Shown here one piece after another: positions 9,573 through 19,397 of a DNA stretch of 64,000 nucleotides. The notes under the pieces were generated by a model that had not been told where the DNA came from, did no database searches, and worked only from the letters and a program-made list of their open reading frames with translations. Numbering within the stretch: position 1 is the first letter of the stretch; each line of letters begins with the position of its first letter. Source of the DNA: a virus (taxonomy: Duplodnaviria; Caudoviricetes). Location of the stretch: the IMG/VR virus record IMGVR_UViG_3300028048_000092, positions 1 to 64,000 of that record. One strand, written 5' to 3'. The translations under genes were made by a program, and so were the position numbers.

Positions 9573-10411
9573 CAGAAGGGATGCGTTTAGTAAAACCGAC
9601 TGCCAAGCTCTACTGGAACAAGGACAGCTTGAAACATATAGAATATTGCGGCAGAGTCTGTTACAATTCCTATGATAAGATGACTGAAGATTCCGCAGAG
9701 AAGTTCATCGATGGACTTATAAAGCGAGGGCACTACTCGGTGCTCGAGCACGCCGCTGTGAATATCAATGCAGAAGGGTTCCAGTTGAGTCTGGATAAAG
9801 TAAAGGAAACAGATCCGGAGTTCGGGTTGCTTATGGCAAGAGCCAATCTGGGAAGTCTCCGCTGTGCAGATCTTGTAAGATTCGATAGCAGGTTCTCCAC
9901 AGCAGCTTCGTTAAAGGATCTCCCAAGAGCGACAGATGTGTTGACTTTTGAGATTACAGCCAGCAGAAGCTGCACGCACCAGTTTGTTCGACACCGTAAT
10001 ATGAGCTTCTGTGAAAGAAGTCTCAGATTCGTAAGTGTTGAACAGCCGGAAGTCGTGCTTCCCGAAAGTCCGTTCTTAAGTGAGATCGAAGTTCTCAACA
10101 GATGTTTTGATCTGTACAAAGAATTGTGCAAAGGAGGAACTTCTAAGGACGAGGCGAGAGCTTTTCTGCCAATGTGTACAGCTACAAAGTTGATAGCAAC
10201 AGCACAGGCAACATGGTGGCTTGAGTTTCTCAGACTTCGGCTGCACCCGGCAGCTTCTAAGGAAATGATCTATATCGCAGCACAGATATATGATTTGTGC
10301 CCTGCTCCTATCAAGGAAAAAGCCAAGGAGCTGGGATTGGAAAAGCAGTTCAAGGAGGTAAAGGCTGATGTGGAAAAAGAACGACTTTTTGAAATCGGAA
10401 GAGATTCCTAA
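9569..10411 (+). CDS. thyX: FAD-dependent thymidylate synthase
   Basis: GRVCY, GHYSVLEH, HQFVRHRNMSFCERSLRF (RHRx7SxR) and EARAFLP motifs. Confidence 0.93.
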   Translation: MTEGMRLVKPTAKLYWNKDSLKHIEYCGRVCYNSYDKMTEDSAEKFIDGLIKRGHYSVLEHAAVNINAEGFQLSLDKVKETDPEFGLLMARANLGSLRCADLVRFDSRFSTAASLKDLPRATDVLTFEITASRSCTHQFVRHRNMSFCERSLRFVSVEQPEVVLPESPFLSEIEVLNRCFDLYKELCKGGTSKDEARAFLPMCTATKLIATAQATWWLEFLRLRLHPAASKEMIYIAAQIYDLCPAPIKEKAKELGLEKQFKEVKADVEKERLFEIGRDS

Positions 10412-10712
10412 CATCAGGGCCAGGGTTGCAGGGGAGCGTGTAACAGTACAAGCTACAGCTAAGGAAGTGAAAGCAGCTCCCAGGCCGAAGGCTGATGAAA
10501 AAGCGGTGCTTGAAGCAGTTATCAGAGGGGTGCTTAAGGAGGCTTCCATTCCGGAAATGCCTTCTGGTTGTGATAAGCTTCCTTATGAAGAAGCTAAGAA
10601 GTTAGCTGCTCTACAGGCAATAGAAACTTATCTGAGTGCCCAGCTGCTTCAGGTAAGAAAAGAAATTGAGAAGATCAAGAATACAGAGATGTACAAAGGA
10701 GACACAGAATGA
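10368..10712 (+). CDS. Hypothetical protein
   Basis: ORF coupled to its neighbours. Confidence 0.6.
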   Translation: MWKKNDFLKSEEIPNIRARVAGERVTVQATAKEVKAAPRPKADEKAVLEAVIRGVLKEASIPEMPSGCDKLPYEEAKKLAALQAIETYLSAQLLQVRKEIEKIKNTEMYKGDTE

Positions 10713-11890
10713 AAGATTATTATAAGGGTTACGTAGTTCCCTGCATCCCGGAGAAGGAGTGGGGAGAATGGATGTCCAATACACATGAGGCATGCCCTAC
10801 TGGATCCAAAATGAACTGTGTGGGAGTCCGCTGTGACGATTGTATATACAGTATTAATAACGCAGACGTTCGTAAAGAGTTTTACGAGCACTGGTACGGA
10901 AAGTGGAAAGAAGAAGAGCTTCCCGAGCTGTCAGAAAAGGTATCCCATTGTCCAGACTGTCCTGTTAAAGCAGAATATCTGTTCTCTGACGAAGAGGGCA
11001 ATGTATGGGCCTTGAAAAGTCCGACATGGGTATTTGGTAGCCGTCTGCGTAGTTGTGACATGGTAAAGCTGGAAATTCGATGCAAGCCTCTTAGTATTAT
11101 CAAGAGGGAACACAAGGAAGCTCCCAAAGAGAAACCTTCTTGCGAGAATTGTGCTAATTATGAGCCGAAAGAGAAACCTACCAAGCCCAAGCTCACTCAG
11201 GCAATCTTTGATAGCGAAGATTGCCCGGCCTGGGCTAAGTGGGCAGCTGTAGACGAGGACGGCAGAGCGGCATGGTACAGTGAAAGGCCAGAAATAGATC
11301 GTTTCGCGTGGTTCCTTAAGGATAAAAGTGACAGGTTTGAATGGATTAAGACACCTTCGCATCTTGCTTTCCGATACTACGACTCGTCAGAGTGGATGCT
11401 TTCCCTTATAGAGCGCCCCGGGAGGCTTCCGAAGCTTACCCAAGCAGTCTTCGATAGAGAGGATTGTCCTGAGTGGGCTAATTGGGCAGCTGTGGACGCA
11501 GACGGAAGAGCTTTTTGGTACGAAGTTAAGCCGGATAGGATGGTTAGAGCATACGTAACAGAAGATTATAAAGGAGAACTTATTACCAAACCTGGGAGGT
11601 TTGATGCCTCTGACTGGGAACATTCTCTTATAGAACGCCCCAAGAAGCCTTCTTGTGAAGACTGTAAGAACTTCGAACCAAAGCAGGAAAAGGCAGGAAC
11701 CATTGAAGTCTCTATGCTTAACTGGCCTACTGGATGGAAGTACAGTGCCAGCGAAGATCATTACTATCATAAGTATGATCAGAGACACGCACAGTGGATC
11801 AACTTTGCAACAGACATGTCTATGGTCACCGGAGGAACCCATACAAGAGTTCCCAGTGACGTGCTTGACATGCCGTGCCCTTTGAAGTAA
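10709..11890 (+). CDS. Modular Cys/Trp-rich protein, paralog family A (two PKLTQAVFDREDCPEWANWAAVD domains)
   Basis: Internal duplication; shares modules with 24728 and 26169. Confidence 0.75.
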   Translation: MKDYYKGYVVPCIPEKEWGEWMSNTHEACPTGSKMNCVGVRCDDCIYSINNADVRKEFYEHWYGKWKEEELPELSEKVSHCPDCPVKAEYLFSDEEGNVWALKSPTWVFGSRLRSCDMVKLEIRCKPLSIIKREHKEAPKEKPSCENCANYEPKEKPTKPKLTQAIFDSEDCPAWAKWAAVDEDGRAAWYSERPEIDRFAWFLKDKSDRFEWIKTPSHLAFRYYDSSEWMLSLIERPGRLPKLTQAVFDREDCPEWANWAAVDADGRAFWYEVKPDRMVRAYVTEDYKGELITKPGRFDASDWEHSLIERPKKPSCEDCKNFEPKQEKAGTIEVSMLNWPTGWKYSASEDHYYHKYDQRHAQWINFATDMSMVTGGTHTRVPSDVLDMPCPLK

Positions 11891-11900
11891 GTTAAAGAAA

Positions 11901-11970
11901 ACCCCTATGGTGTAAGCAATACACTGGATGTGATTCCAGAGATCCTATTAGCTAGATAGGCAGAGCACCA
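11901..11970 (+). pseudogene. Degenerate tRNA(His)-like remnant
   Basis: TGGTGTAA...ACAC D-arm-like stretch, CTGGA-TGTGAT-TCCAG (tRNA-His anticodon arm missing one base), and a 3' ACCA. No canonical T-loop. Confidence 0.35.
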
Positions 11971-11974
11971 TTAT

Positions 11975-12060
11975 ACGAGGGTAACGGTCTCGGCTTATAC
12001 CCGAGGGATCATAACTGCCGTAACTGGTCCATGTGGGTTCAAATCCCACCCCTCGTACCA
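11975..12060 (+). tRNA. Atypical tRNA-like gene, anticodon UAU (Ile-type), no D-arm, long variable arm
   Basis: Acceptor ACGAGGG/CCCTCGT-A-CCA; T-arm GTGGG-TTCAAAT-CCCAC; anticodon arm CTCGG-CTTATAC-CCGAG; only 7 nt where the D-arm should be. Confidence 0.7.
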
Positions 12061-12120
12061 GCTATTATAGCTCCGTGCTTATTAGAGCTTGATATGGCTT
12101 AGCCCAGCGGAGCTTTTCTT

Positions 12121-12323
12121 TGTCCCTTAATTGTCAGCTGTAAGACTCTCCGAAGTTTCTTCGGAACTCCAAAATAGTTACAAGGACTATTACAGCCTTG
12201 CTGACCGGCGAACCGCTGCGATTCAGTTTATCTACACCAAAGAGTAAACTCTTCAATGTAGAAAACCGAACTCGCAGCTAAACGCCCGGCAGCAAATCAA
12301 GTTTACCTGACAGTTAAGGGACA
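12121..12323 (+). ncRNA. Structured ncRNA family copy 1 (retron msr/msd-shaped)
   Basis: 17-bp terminal stem plus GTAA/TTAC, TAAGACTC, a 7-bp hairpin with 3-nt loop, a second hairpin, a long rod, and AAGTT before the 3' arm. Confidence 0.75.
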
Positions 12324-12404
12324 TCTTTTATTGAAAGGAGGCAAAGATGTCTTAGAAGAAGTAACTTCTCACAGGAACCAAGAACTTAAAATGAGGAAGC
12401 TAAA

Positions 12405-12971
12405 ATGAAGAAAAATGAAATGAGGTGCCCTGAGTGTGGGCGTGTTGTACAGACAGATGATATTATCTGTCCTGAGTGCGGTAACTACATCGATGATACC
12501 GAAATCGCAGAACTTGATGATCTTGATCAAGAGTATTCTGATTCTTTTGAAGAGGAATATCAGAGAGGTTTTGATGAAGAACCTGAAGAAGCCGCTGACA
12601 ACGAAGTCAGAACCTTCCGCAACCTTCATACCGATGAAGAGATGCAGAAGCTCGACACTATCCTTGAGAACTTGAGAGATGCTTGCAGAGACCTTGAGCA
12701 GAAGCATAACGAGCTCAAGCACCTTTACAGACAGCGCAAGAAACTTGAAGGCAATCCGATGCAGTCCTTTGCAGGTACTATTTATGTGAAGCATTGCAAG
12801 AAAGCCAGAGGCATCCACTGGCTCAGAAATATTATGAATGAGCTTAACCGGGGTATTCCCGTGGACTGGCTCGCAGATTGGGATGCGAATTACTTTAAAC
12901 GAGTCCTCGGCTGGCTTGGTATTGCCGAAGAGGACAAAGATGAAATTCTACAGGCAGTGGAAGCCTGGTGA
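12405..12971 (+). CDS. Zinc-ribbon domain protein
   Basis: CPECG...CPECG followed by acidic and coiled-coil segments. Confidence 0.7.
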   Translation: MKKNEMRCPECGRVVQTDDIICPECGNYIDDTEIAELDDLDQEYSDSFEEEYQRGFDEEPEEAADNEVRTFRNLHTDEEMQKLDTILENLRDACRDLEQKHNELKHLYRQRKKLEGNPMQSFAGTIYVKHCKKARGIHWLRNIMNELNRGIPVDWLADWDANYFKRVLGWLGIAEEDKDEILQAVEAW

Positions 12972-12986
12972 TCAAAAACAATTCAA

Positions 12987-13927
12987 ATGAAGGAAAAAAT
13001 GAAAATGACAAGAAATGACAAGAACCTCGAAATCGAAATGGCCTCAACCGTGCATGGTACCAAAGTGCACTTTGTGCTGCTTAAGGGCGGACAGATGTAC
13101 TATCGGATGAAAGACATTTGCAAACATACTGAAAGGTATCCCGGAGAATACAGAGATTCGGTTTCAGTTTTCAGTTATGTCGACCTGTATAACACAGGAA
13201 ATATTAGTAATAAGAAAAATCATATAGACGTTGTTTTCCGGTATGCAAGGATCTGGTATGAGGGTTGTGCTTATGTGCATGAAACAGATCTGCGCAACTA
13301 CATCCTTGAGAGACAGGGTAAGTTGGAGAACAGACTGCGTTTGAGAACCAAAGGTTGTGGAGCTTGCGGCTGGAGCGTCGAAGCGGCTGCAACCATCAAT
13401 AAGCTGTTTCATATCAAAGTTATCTGCAGCGGCAAACACGAGAGAATCAATTGCCCGAAGGAAATTGCGGAGCAGTATGCCAAGAATCCTAAGCTGCGCG
13501 CAGCCTTTGTTGCCTACAATGGTATTATTAAAGGTCTTCAAATCCAGAAGCGGCTGGCTCCTTATTGGGCCAAGTGCGTGGAACTGGATGAGCAGCTGCA
13601 GTCCTGGAAAACTGAACAGGGAGATGCTGAATGACAGCGTATATTATCAGTATCGGAGAGGGAAAAGCCAAGGAAGCCACCAGAGACATTTATAAAAGAG
13701 ATGTCAACGGGGTTTGCAGAGAACTGGCTTCTCTTGCTGAGACCTTTGGAAAAGGTGTTTTCAAGACTCCTACCAAAGTCTCTGCCAAGAGAACATTCTA
13801 CAAGGAGTGTGAAGTGTCCGCGAAGTTTATCAAGGATAGACTGAAGGAGGATACTTTGCATCTGGTATATGCAATGAAAGGCAATGCACCCTTCTGGGTC
13901 AACATCAATACAGTGGAGATTTCGTGA
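12987..13927 (+). CDS. Two hypothetical genes (12987-13634, 13631-13927)
   Basis: Coupled ORFs followed by a terminator. Confidence 0.65.
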
Positions 13928-13946
13928 TCCTCTGAATGGTGTAAAA

Positions 13947-13987
13947 GAAGGCGCCTCGTACAGTTCTTGACGGGGCGCTTTCTTTTT
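13947..13987 (+). terminator. Intrinsic terminator
   Basis: AAGGCGCCTCGT...ACGGGGCGCTTT hairpin followed by a T tract. Confidence 0.7.
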
Positions 13988-14019
13988 GCCTGCCATAGGC
14001 AAAAAACATAGGAGTTTTA

Positions 14020-17006
14020 ATGGCAAGAACAATCAAAAAGCGGGACGGTAGAACCGTCGAGTTCGAGAAGGAAAAAATCACTAACGCAGTGAGAAAGGCA
14101 CTGCAGAAAGTACATGAAGATGAAGGACTTGCAGAAGAAATTGCAGGTCTGGTCGAAGCGGAATGTTCCGACTCCGAAGAGACTGTAGAGAGTGTACAGG
14201 ACAAAGTCGAAAAAGCGCTTATTGACAAGCACTTAGCAGATGCTGCCAAAGAGTACATTCTGTATAGGAATAAGAGGACGGAGATCCGGGAACAGGAAAC
14301 TTCTCTGATGAAGACTATTGATGGGTTCTTTCAGGAGAAAGGCACTGCACTAAAAGAGAATGCCAATATTAATGGGGCATCTGTAGGAGGAACCTTTTAT
14401 AGGATTGGAAGCGAGGCGTCTAAGACGTATTACAGAGCACATATGATGTCTCCCGATGTCAGGAAGGAAATCGAGGAGAACCGAATTCATCCGCACGATG
14501 AAGATTTTTATGGTCTTTCTATAAACTGCATGCAACACTCCCTTTTAGACATGTTCAAAAAGGGATTTTATTCAGGTAATTGTTTTATTTCCGAGCCTCA
14601 GAGTATTACCACAGCGATGATGCTCACCTGCGTTATATTGCAGAGCGGGCAGACGGATCTTTTTGGAGGAGAGTCTACTCCTACATGGGACTATTGTATG
14701 GAACCTTATGTGCAAAAGTCCTTTGAAAAGTACTTCAGTAAGTATTTGCAAAGATTTGCATTCGCCCCTGTTGAAACGCAGAAGAAGTGGGTCAAAGAGT
14801 ATCTTTATCAAGAGCATACTCCGGTGTTTGAGAATGATGATCTCTATAGGTGCTATTCCTGGGCAAAGAAAGATACGGAAGCGGAAACTTATCAAGCAGC
14901 ACAGTCTATGTTGTTCAATCTCAATGGGTTGTGCAGTAGAGTAGGTTGATTTAATCGTTTGCCTACTTAAAATCGGGTAAAATCGGTGAACCCTTAAATG
15001 GCAACACCGAGGTAACTTCAGAGATTGCGAAAGGCTCTGAAGCACCGTAGAGCGTAGAGGGTGAATAAATATAATCCCTCCAAGAGTGCCCGACACTCTA
15101 AAGTGAAAATGTACGCCGAACTTAAGGGAAACCTTAAGAAGCAGAGATAAAAAGCTCTGCGATAACATAATTGGGACAGACTGTGTTCTCCTCTTTGAAC
15201 TTTGGTACTTGTACCAAGCCGGGAGGGAGACTCGCAACAAAAGCCTTATTGGATGCTATGGATAAAGGTATCGGTAAAGGCATTACAGCTATTTATCCTA
15301 TTCCGGTCTTCAAGTTTAAGAGCGGAGTGACTTTCAACCCAGGAGACCCGAATTATGATCTGCGTTTGATGTCTGAGAAGGTGACAGCTAAAAGACAGTT
15401 CCCGAACTACTCCAATTTGGATGCCCCTTATAATTTGAAGTACTATAAGGAAGGGCACCCGGAGACAGAGGCTGCTTATATGGGTATGGCAGCCTATGGC
15501 AAAGTATCTATAGAGCTGAAAGACAGAGAAACTACCAGCCTCTGTGAGATGGATATTGACATTGAGAACACGTGGGATTTCCTTACCAGGTTTATGAAGC
15601 TTTCTCCGAAGATATTTGATGATACTACGGAATGGATAGACCTGGAGGATCCTAACTGGGATTATATGCTGTATCTCTGGGACAGCCACACCAGTGATTA
15701 TGTCAGAGCAAAGAAGTATATGCGTTGCTCAGCTCCTGCAAAAGGAGAATCCTGGAAGCGCATATCTACTATAGGTGACAGAGAGGGGGATAAACACGAG
15801 TTTCTTCTCACCACAGATCATCCTTTAAGTGTGGAAGATCTTCAAGGTAACTGTAAACGAATACAGGTGAAAAACCTGAAAGTTGGATACAAGTTGGAAG
15901 CTTGTATAGAGACTCATAATGTAGCCTATACAGTATATGACATTGCAGATGTTAAATACAATCCTGACTATGGTTATGACTTTGAAACAGAATCAGATAG
16001 GTTCGATCTGGACACCATTGTTTCTCATAACTGTCGTACTCGTGTGATCGCTAATGTGAATGGTCCTGAAGTTGTAACTGGCAGAGGCAACCTCAGCTTC
16101 ACTTCCATTAATCTTCCTAGACTGGCTATCGAAGCCTCCAAGGAAGCCATGGAGCCAGAACTTCGTGAGGGTATCTTCTTCCAGAAGCTCGATAAAGCTC
16201 TGGAAGTTGCCGCCAAACAACTCCAGGAACGTTTCGAGATTCAGTGTAAACGGAAAGTATATAACTTCCCATATGTAATGCAGCAAGGTGCTTATATGGG
16301 CTCTGAGTATCTGTCGCCCACAGATGAGGTCAGAAAGGCACTTCTTAACGGAACCCTCTCGTTTGGCTTTGTAGGACTTGCAGAGTGCCTAAGAGCTCTC
16401 ACAGGACATGACCACACAGAGGGCGACCAATATCAACAGCTCGGATTGAAGATCGTCAAGTACATGCGGGATTACGCAGACAAGCTTACAGAAGAACGCC
16501 ACATGAATTGGACTCTTATTGCTACTCCTGCAGAATCCCTTGCCGGTAAGTTCCTGAGAAAGGATCGTGAAGAATTTGGTATTATTCCGGGTATCACGGA
16601 TAAAGATTATTATACCAACAGTAATCATGTGCCTGTTGGAACTAAAGTGACAGCTTCCGAGAAGATCCGTATCGAAGCTCCTTATCACGCACTTTGTAAT
16701 GCCGGAGCAATTTTGTACATCGAGATCGAAGGCGATCCTCGTAACAATCCGGAAGTTATCCATACTCTGAACAACCAGATGCACGATGCAGGAGTTGGCT
16801 ACTTCTCGTATAATATTAAAATGGACACTTGTACGGCTTGCGGTTTTGTAGGCCTTATTGGAGACACCTGCCCTAGTTGCGGTCAAAAGGGAACTCCGAG
16901 TACGCCCATTATGCGTCCGAGAAGACTCACAGGCTATTTGGGGTATGAAGACCGCTTCAACTCTGCTAAACTTGCAGAATTACACGATAGGGTTACTCAC
17001 ACATGA
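14020..17006 (+). CDS. nrdD: Anaerobic (class III) ribonucleotide reductase with ATP cone; exons 14020-14946 and 15174-17006; contains an intein
   Basis: ATP cone (IKKRDGRTVEF), IHPHD, NC, SRVG|GQTVFSSLNFG across the intron, YMG|CRT across the intein, YYTNS, CxxC-CxxC, and glycyl-radical motif RRLTGYL. Confidence 0.95.
14947..15173 (+). mobile_element. Group I self-splicing intron (227 nt, no homing endonuclease) in nrdD
   Basis: Exon ends in U (GTAGGT) and pairs with IGS GCCTAC (U.G wobble). Intron ends in G at 15173. Group I-like core (AAAATCGGTGAA, AACACCGAG, CGTAGAGCGTA/GTACGCCGA). Removing it restores the NrdD frame. Confidence 0.88.
15486..16031 (+). mobile_element. Mini-intein (182 aa) at the NrdD catalytic Cys, with non-canonical N-terminal Met
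   Basis: Insert between YMG and CRT; block B LTTDHPL, block F YDFET, block G VSHN|C; no LAGLIDADG motifs. Confidence 0.85.
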
Positions 17007-17524
17007 ACTTGAAAGTTTTTGGGGTCTTAGAAGAAGACTCGGTAAATGCCCCTGGGTTCTCTCTTACAGTGTTCCTGCAGGGGTGCTGGCATCCGGAAGG
17101 GACTCCTGAGATGGATGCTAATGGACATTGTCACGGGTGTCATAATCCACAGTCTCATCCAATGGAAGGCGGAGATATCTTTACAGAGGATCAAATCATC
17201 GAGCGCCTGCAATCCAGTAAGCTGCATAAGACACTGGTACTGTCCGGAGGAGAGCCCATTTGTCAGATAGAGGCTCTTATACCTCTCTGCCAGAAGGTAA
17301 AGGAACTGGGGTATAATATCTGGCTCTACTCAGGGTATACCTTTGAACAGCTCCAATTGCAGGTACCTAAGTGGAAAGAACTGGCTCAATATCTTGATGT
17401 GCTTGTGGATGGTCCCTTTATTCCAAGTCTTAAAAGCTATAGATTAAAATTCAGAGGAAGTAAGAATCAACGTATTCTTGACGTGCAGAAGTCAATTGCA
17501 AAAGGGAAGCCGGTGAAAAAGTAA
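17003..17524 (+). CDS. nrdG: Anaerobic RNR activating radical-SAM protein
   Basis: FLQGC...HCHGCHNP, LSGGEP, LDVLVDGPF, FRGSKNQR; overlaps the nrdD stop. Confidence 0.93.
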   Translation: MNLKVFGVLEEDSVNAPGFSLTVFLQGCWHPEGTPEMDANGHCHGCHNPQSHPMEGGDIFTEDQIIERLQSSKLHKTLVLSGGEPICQIEALIPLCQKVKELGYNIWLYSGYTFEQLQLQVPKWKELAQYLDVLVDGPFIPSLKSYRLKFRGSKNQRILDVQKSIAKGKPVKK

Positions 17525-17636
17525 AAAGGCAGGGTGCTGCTTGCAGCTCGATATGATTTGCTCGGCCCTGTACTATTCGATCTCCAGGTGAATACTCAGC
17601 TGCAGTGTCTGAGTTAGTAACCTGGAGGCATTAACA

Positions 17637-17677
17637 CCCCTCCGAGGACCTTTAAGATCCTCGGAGGGTTCTTTTTT
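17637..17677 (+). terminator. Intrinsic terminator
   Basis: CCCTCCGAGGA...TCCTCGGAGGG followed by a T tract. Confidence 0.75.
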
Positions 17678-17690
17678 GAAAGGAGATGGG

Positions 17691-18050
17691 ATGCGGAAAA
17701 AGCTAGGCGCCTTAGGCTCTAAAGAAAGACATACATTTATAGGAACTTTTGAGAAGTTCGGTTTTAAAAATGCCTATAAAGGACCTCCCTTGCAGACTGT
17801 ATTATTATTGGAGGTGATAGAAGTTTCTACAGGAAAAGTAGTCACGGATCATTTGTGGTTTACACTAACGAAAGGCTTTGAAAAATTAAGTCTCGCCAAA
17901 GGAGATAAGGTACAGTTTGATGCTCGTGTAGCCCATTATACAAAGGGATATAAAAGGGGCTGGGATAGCTGGCCTGAAAATGACTATAAGCTTTCCTATC
18001 CTACTAAGCTCATAAAGATTCGGGTGCAAGATGAAACTCAGAGCAGGTAA
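17691..18050 (+). CDS. Conserved phage hypothetical protein
   Basis: TDHLWF...GDKVQFDARV..Y.KGY...DYKLSYPTK pattern; RBS GAAAGGAG. Confidence 0.7.
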   Translation: MRKKLGALGSKERHTFIGTFEKFGFKNAYKGPPLQTVLLLEVIEVSTGKVVTDHLWFTLTKGFEKLSLAKGDKVQFDARVAHYTKGYKRGWDSWPENDYKLSYPTKLIKIRVQDETQSR

Positions 18051-18360
18051 GCATGTATATAAAAAGTACGATGGTCATCATCGACGAATAATTTATACCA
18101 TAGCGGGTTGGAATAGTTGTGGTGTCCTGCTTTATTATATAGATGATCAAGGGTAGCAACAGGAAGCTTATAGTACCATAGATAATCTTGTAGAAGCCGA
18201 TTCTTTTGAAGAACCTTTTGCTTGTGCCCTTGATGAGCTGGTTGACGGCCCTTTCATTCCCTCATTGAAGAGCTATAGATTGAAGTTCAGAGGAAATAAG
18301 AACCAGAGGATTTTGGACGTGCAAAAGAGCATTGTGAAAGGGAAGACTACTAAGAAATAA
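18031..18360 (+). CDS. 109-aa ORF with one in-frame TAG; C-terminus is a diverged copy of the NrdG C-terminus
   Basis: MKLRAGKH...DDQG*QQEAY...LDELVDGPFIPSLKSYRLKFRGNKNQRILDVQKSIVKGK; TAG at 18154-18156. Confidence 0.55.
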
Positions 18361-18366
18361 AAGAAT

Positions 18367-18407
18367 GCCCTCCGGAAATTTTTAAGGTCCCGGAGGGCCT
18401 TCTTTTT
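18367..18407 (+). terminator. Intrinsic terminator, paralogous to 17637
   Basis: GCCCTCCGG...CCGGAGGGC followed by a T tract. Confidence 0.75.
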
Positions 18408-18431
18408 AATTTAAATCTTAAAGGAGGTAAA

Positions 18432-19373
18432 ATGATGGAAAATGACACCAGTATCGGAGTCGTGGTTGCGCGATTTCAAGTAGCCGAGCTTACTGAGGGA
18501 CATAAGGAGTTCCTTCAGTTTGTTCTTGATAAAGGACATAATCAAAATGTTATCTTTCTCGGTGTTGCTCCTACAAAGGCCACCAAGAATAATCCTCTTG
18601 ACTATGATTCCCGTCGGAGGATGATCGAAGAAGCTTATCCAGGTAAGTTTACAATTCTTTTTCAAGAGGATTGTTATAGCGATCAGGACTGGTCCAAGGA
18701 GCTGGATGATTCCATTGCGGTGATTGCCAACGGAAGAGGCGTCGTTCTGTACGGCAGCCGGGATTCTTTTGGTAAACATTATTTCGGAAGGTATGACTTT
18801 GTAGAGGTACCGCAGCATGTTTACTGTAGCGGCACTAATCAAAGGTTCCTTACAGGCAAAACGGTAAGCTCCTCAAGCGACTGGAGAAAAGGCTGCATAT
18901 ATGCGACACAGAATAGATATCCCACGGTATATCCTACTGTGGACTGTGCTATTTTCGATGAAGATATGCAGCATGTTTTTCTTGCCAGAAAACAAAACGA
19001 GAAACTGCTCCGGTTTGTCGGAGGTTTCGCAGATCCTAAAGACAGTTCTTTTGAAGAGGCTGCCAGAAGAGAAGCTTTGGAAGAAACTGGACTTGAAGCG
19101 AGTATAGTCGGTTATATCGGATCTATTAAGATCGATGACTGGCGCTATAGAGGTGAACAAGATAAAATCATCACCAACTTCTTTGCATTGAAGAAGGTAT
19201 ATGGTAAGCCTGAAGCGAAGGACGATATCTGTGAGTTGAGAAGAGTGGAACTTAAGATCACTAATGACACGGATATTATCCCAGAGCATAGAGTACTCTT
19301 TAATATGCTCAAGAGCTGGTTAAGAGGGTATGAGGAGGAAATGAAGAATATAAGAAAGGGTGACTTGCTCTAA
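18432..19373 (+). CDS. Bifunctional NMN adenylyltransferase / Nudix hydrolase (NadM-Nudix, NatV-like)
   Basis: VARFQ..LT.GH, NPL, SGT, PTVDC, and Nudix box GGF.D..D.SFEEAARREALEETGL. Confidence 0.9.
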   Translation: MMENDTSIGVVVARFQVAELTEGHKEFLQFVLDKGHNQNVIFLGVAPTKATKNNPLDYDSRRRMIEEAYPGKFTILFQEDCYSDQDWSKELDDSIAVIANGRGVVLYGSRDSFGKHYFGRYDFVEVPQHVYCSGTNQRFLTGKTVSSSSDWRKGCIYATQNRYPTVYPTVDCAIFDEDMQHVFLARKQNEKLLRFVGGFADPKDSSFEEAARREALEETGLEASIVGYIGSIKIDDWRYRGEQDKIITNFFALKKVYGKPEAKDDICELRRVELKITNDTDIIPEHRVLFNMLKSWLRGYEEEMKNIRKGDLL

Positions 19374-19397
19374 AACCTTACGTGAAAGGAGGCACAC

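Noticed and set aside
12121-12323. 6S RNA or SRP RNA identity for the repeated structured RNAs
   Set aside because: No SRP helix-8 motif and no 6S-type central bubble; four divergent copies share a different conserved core.
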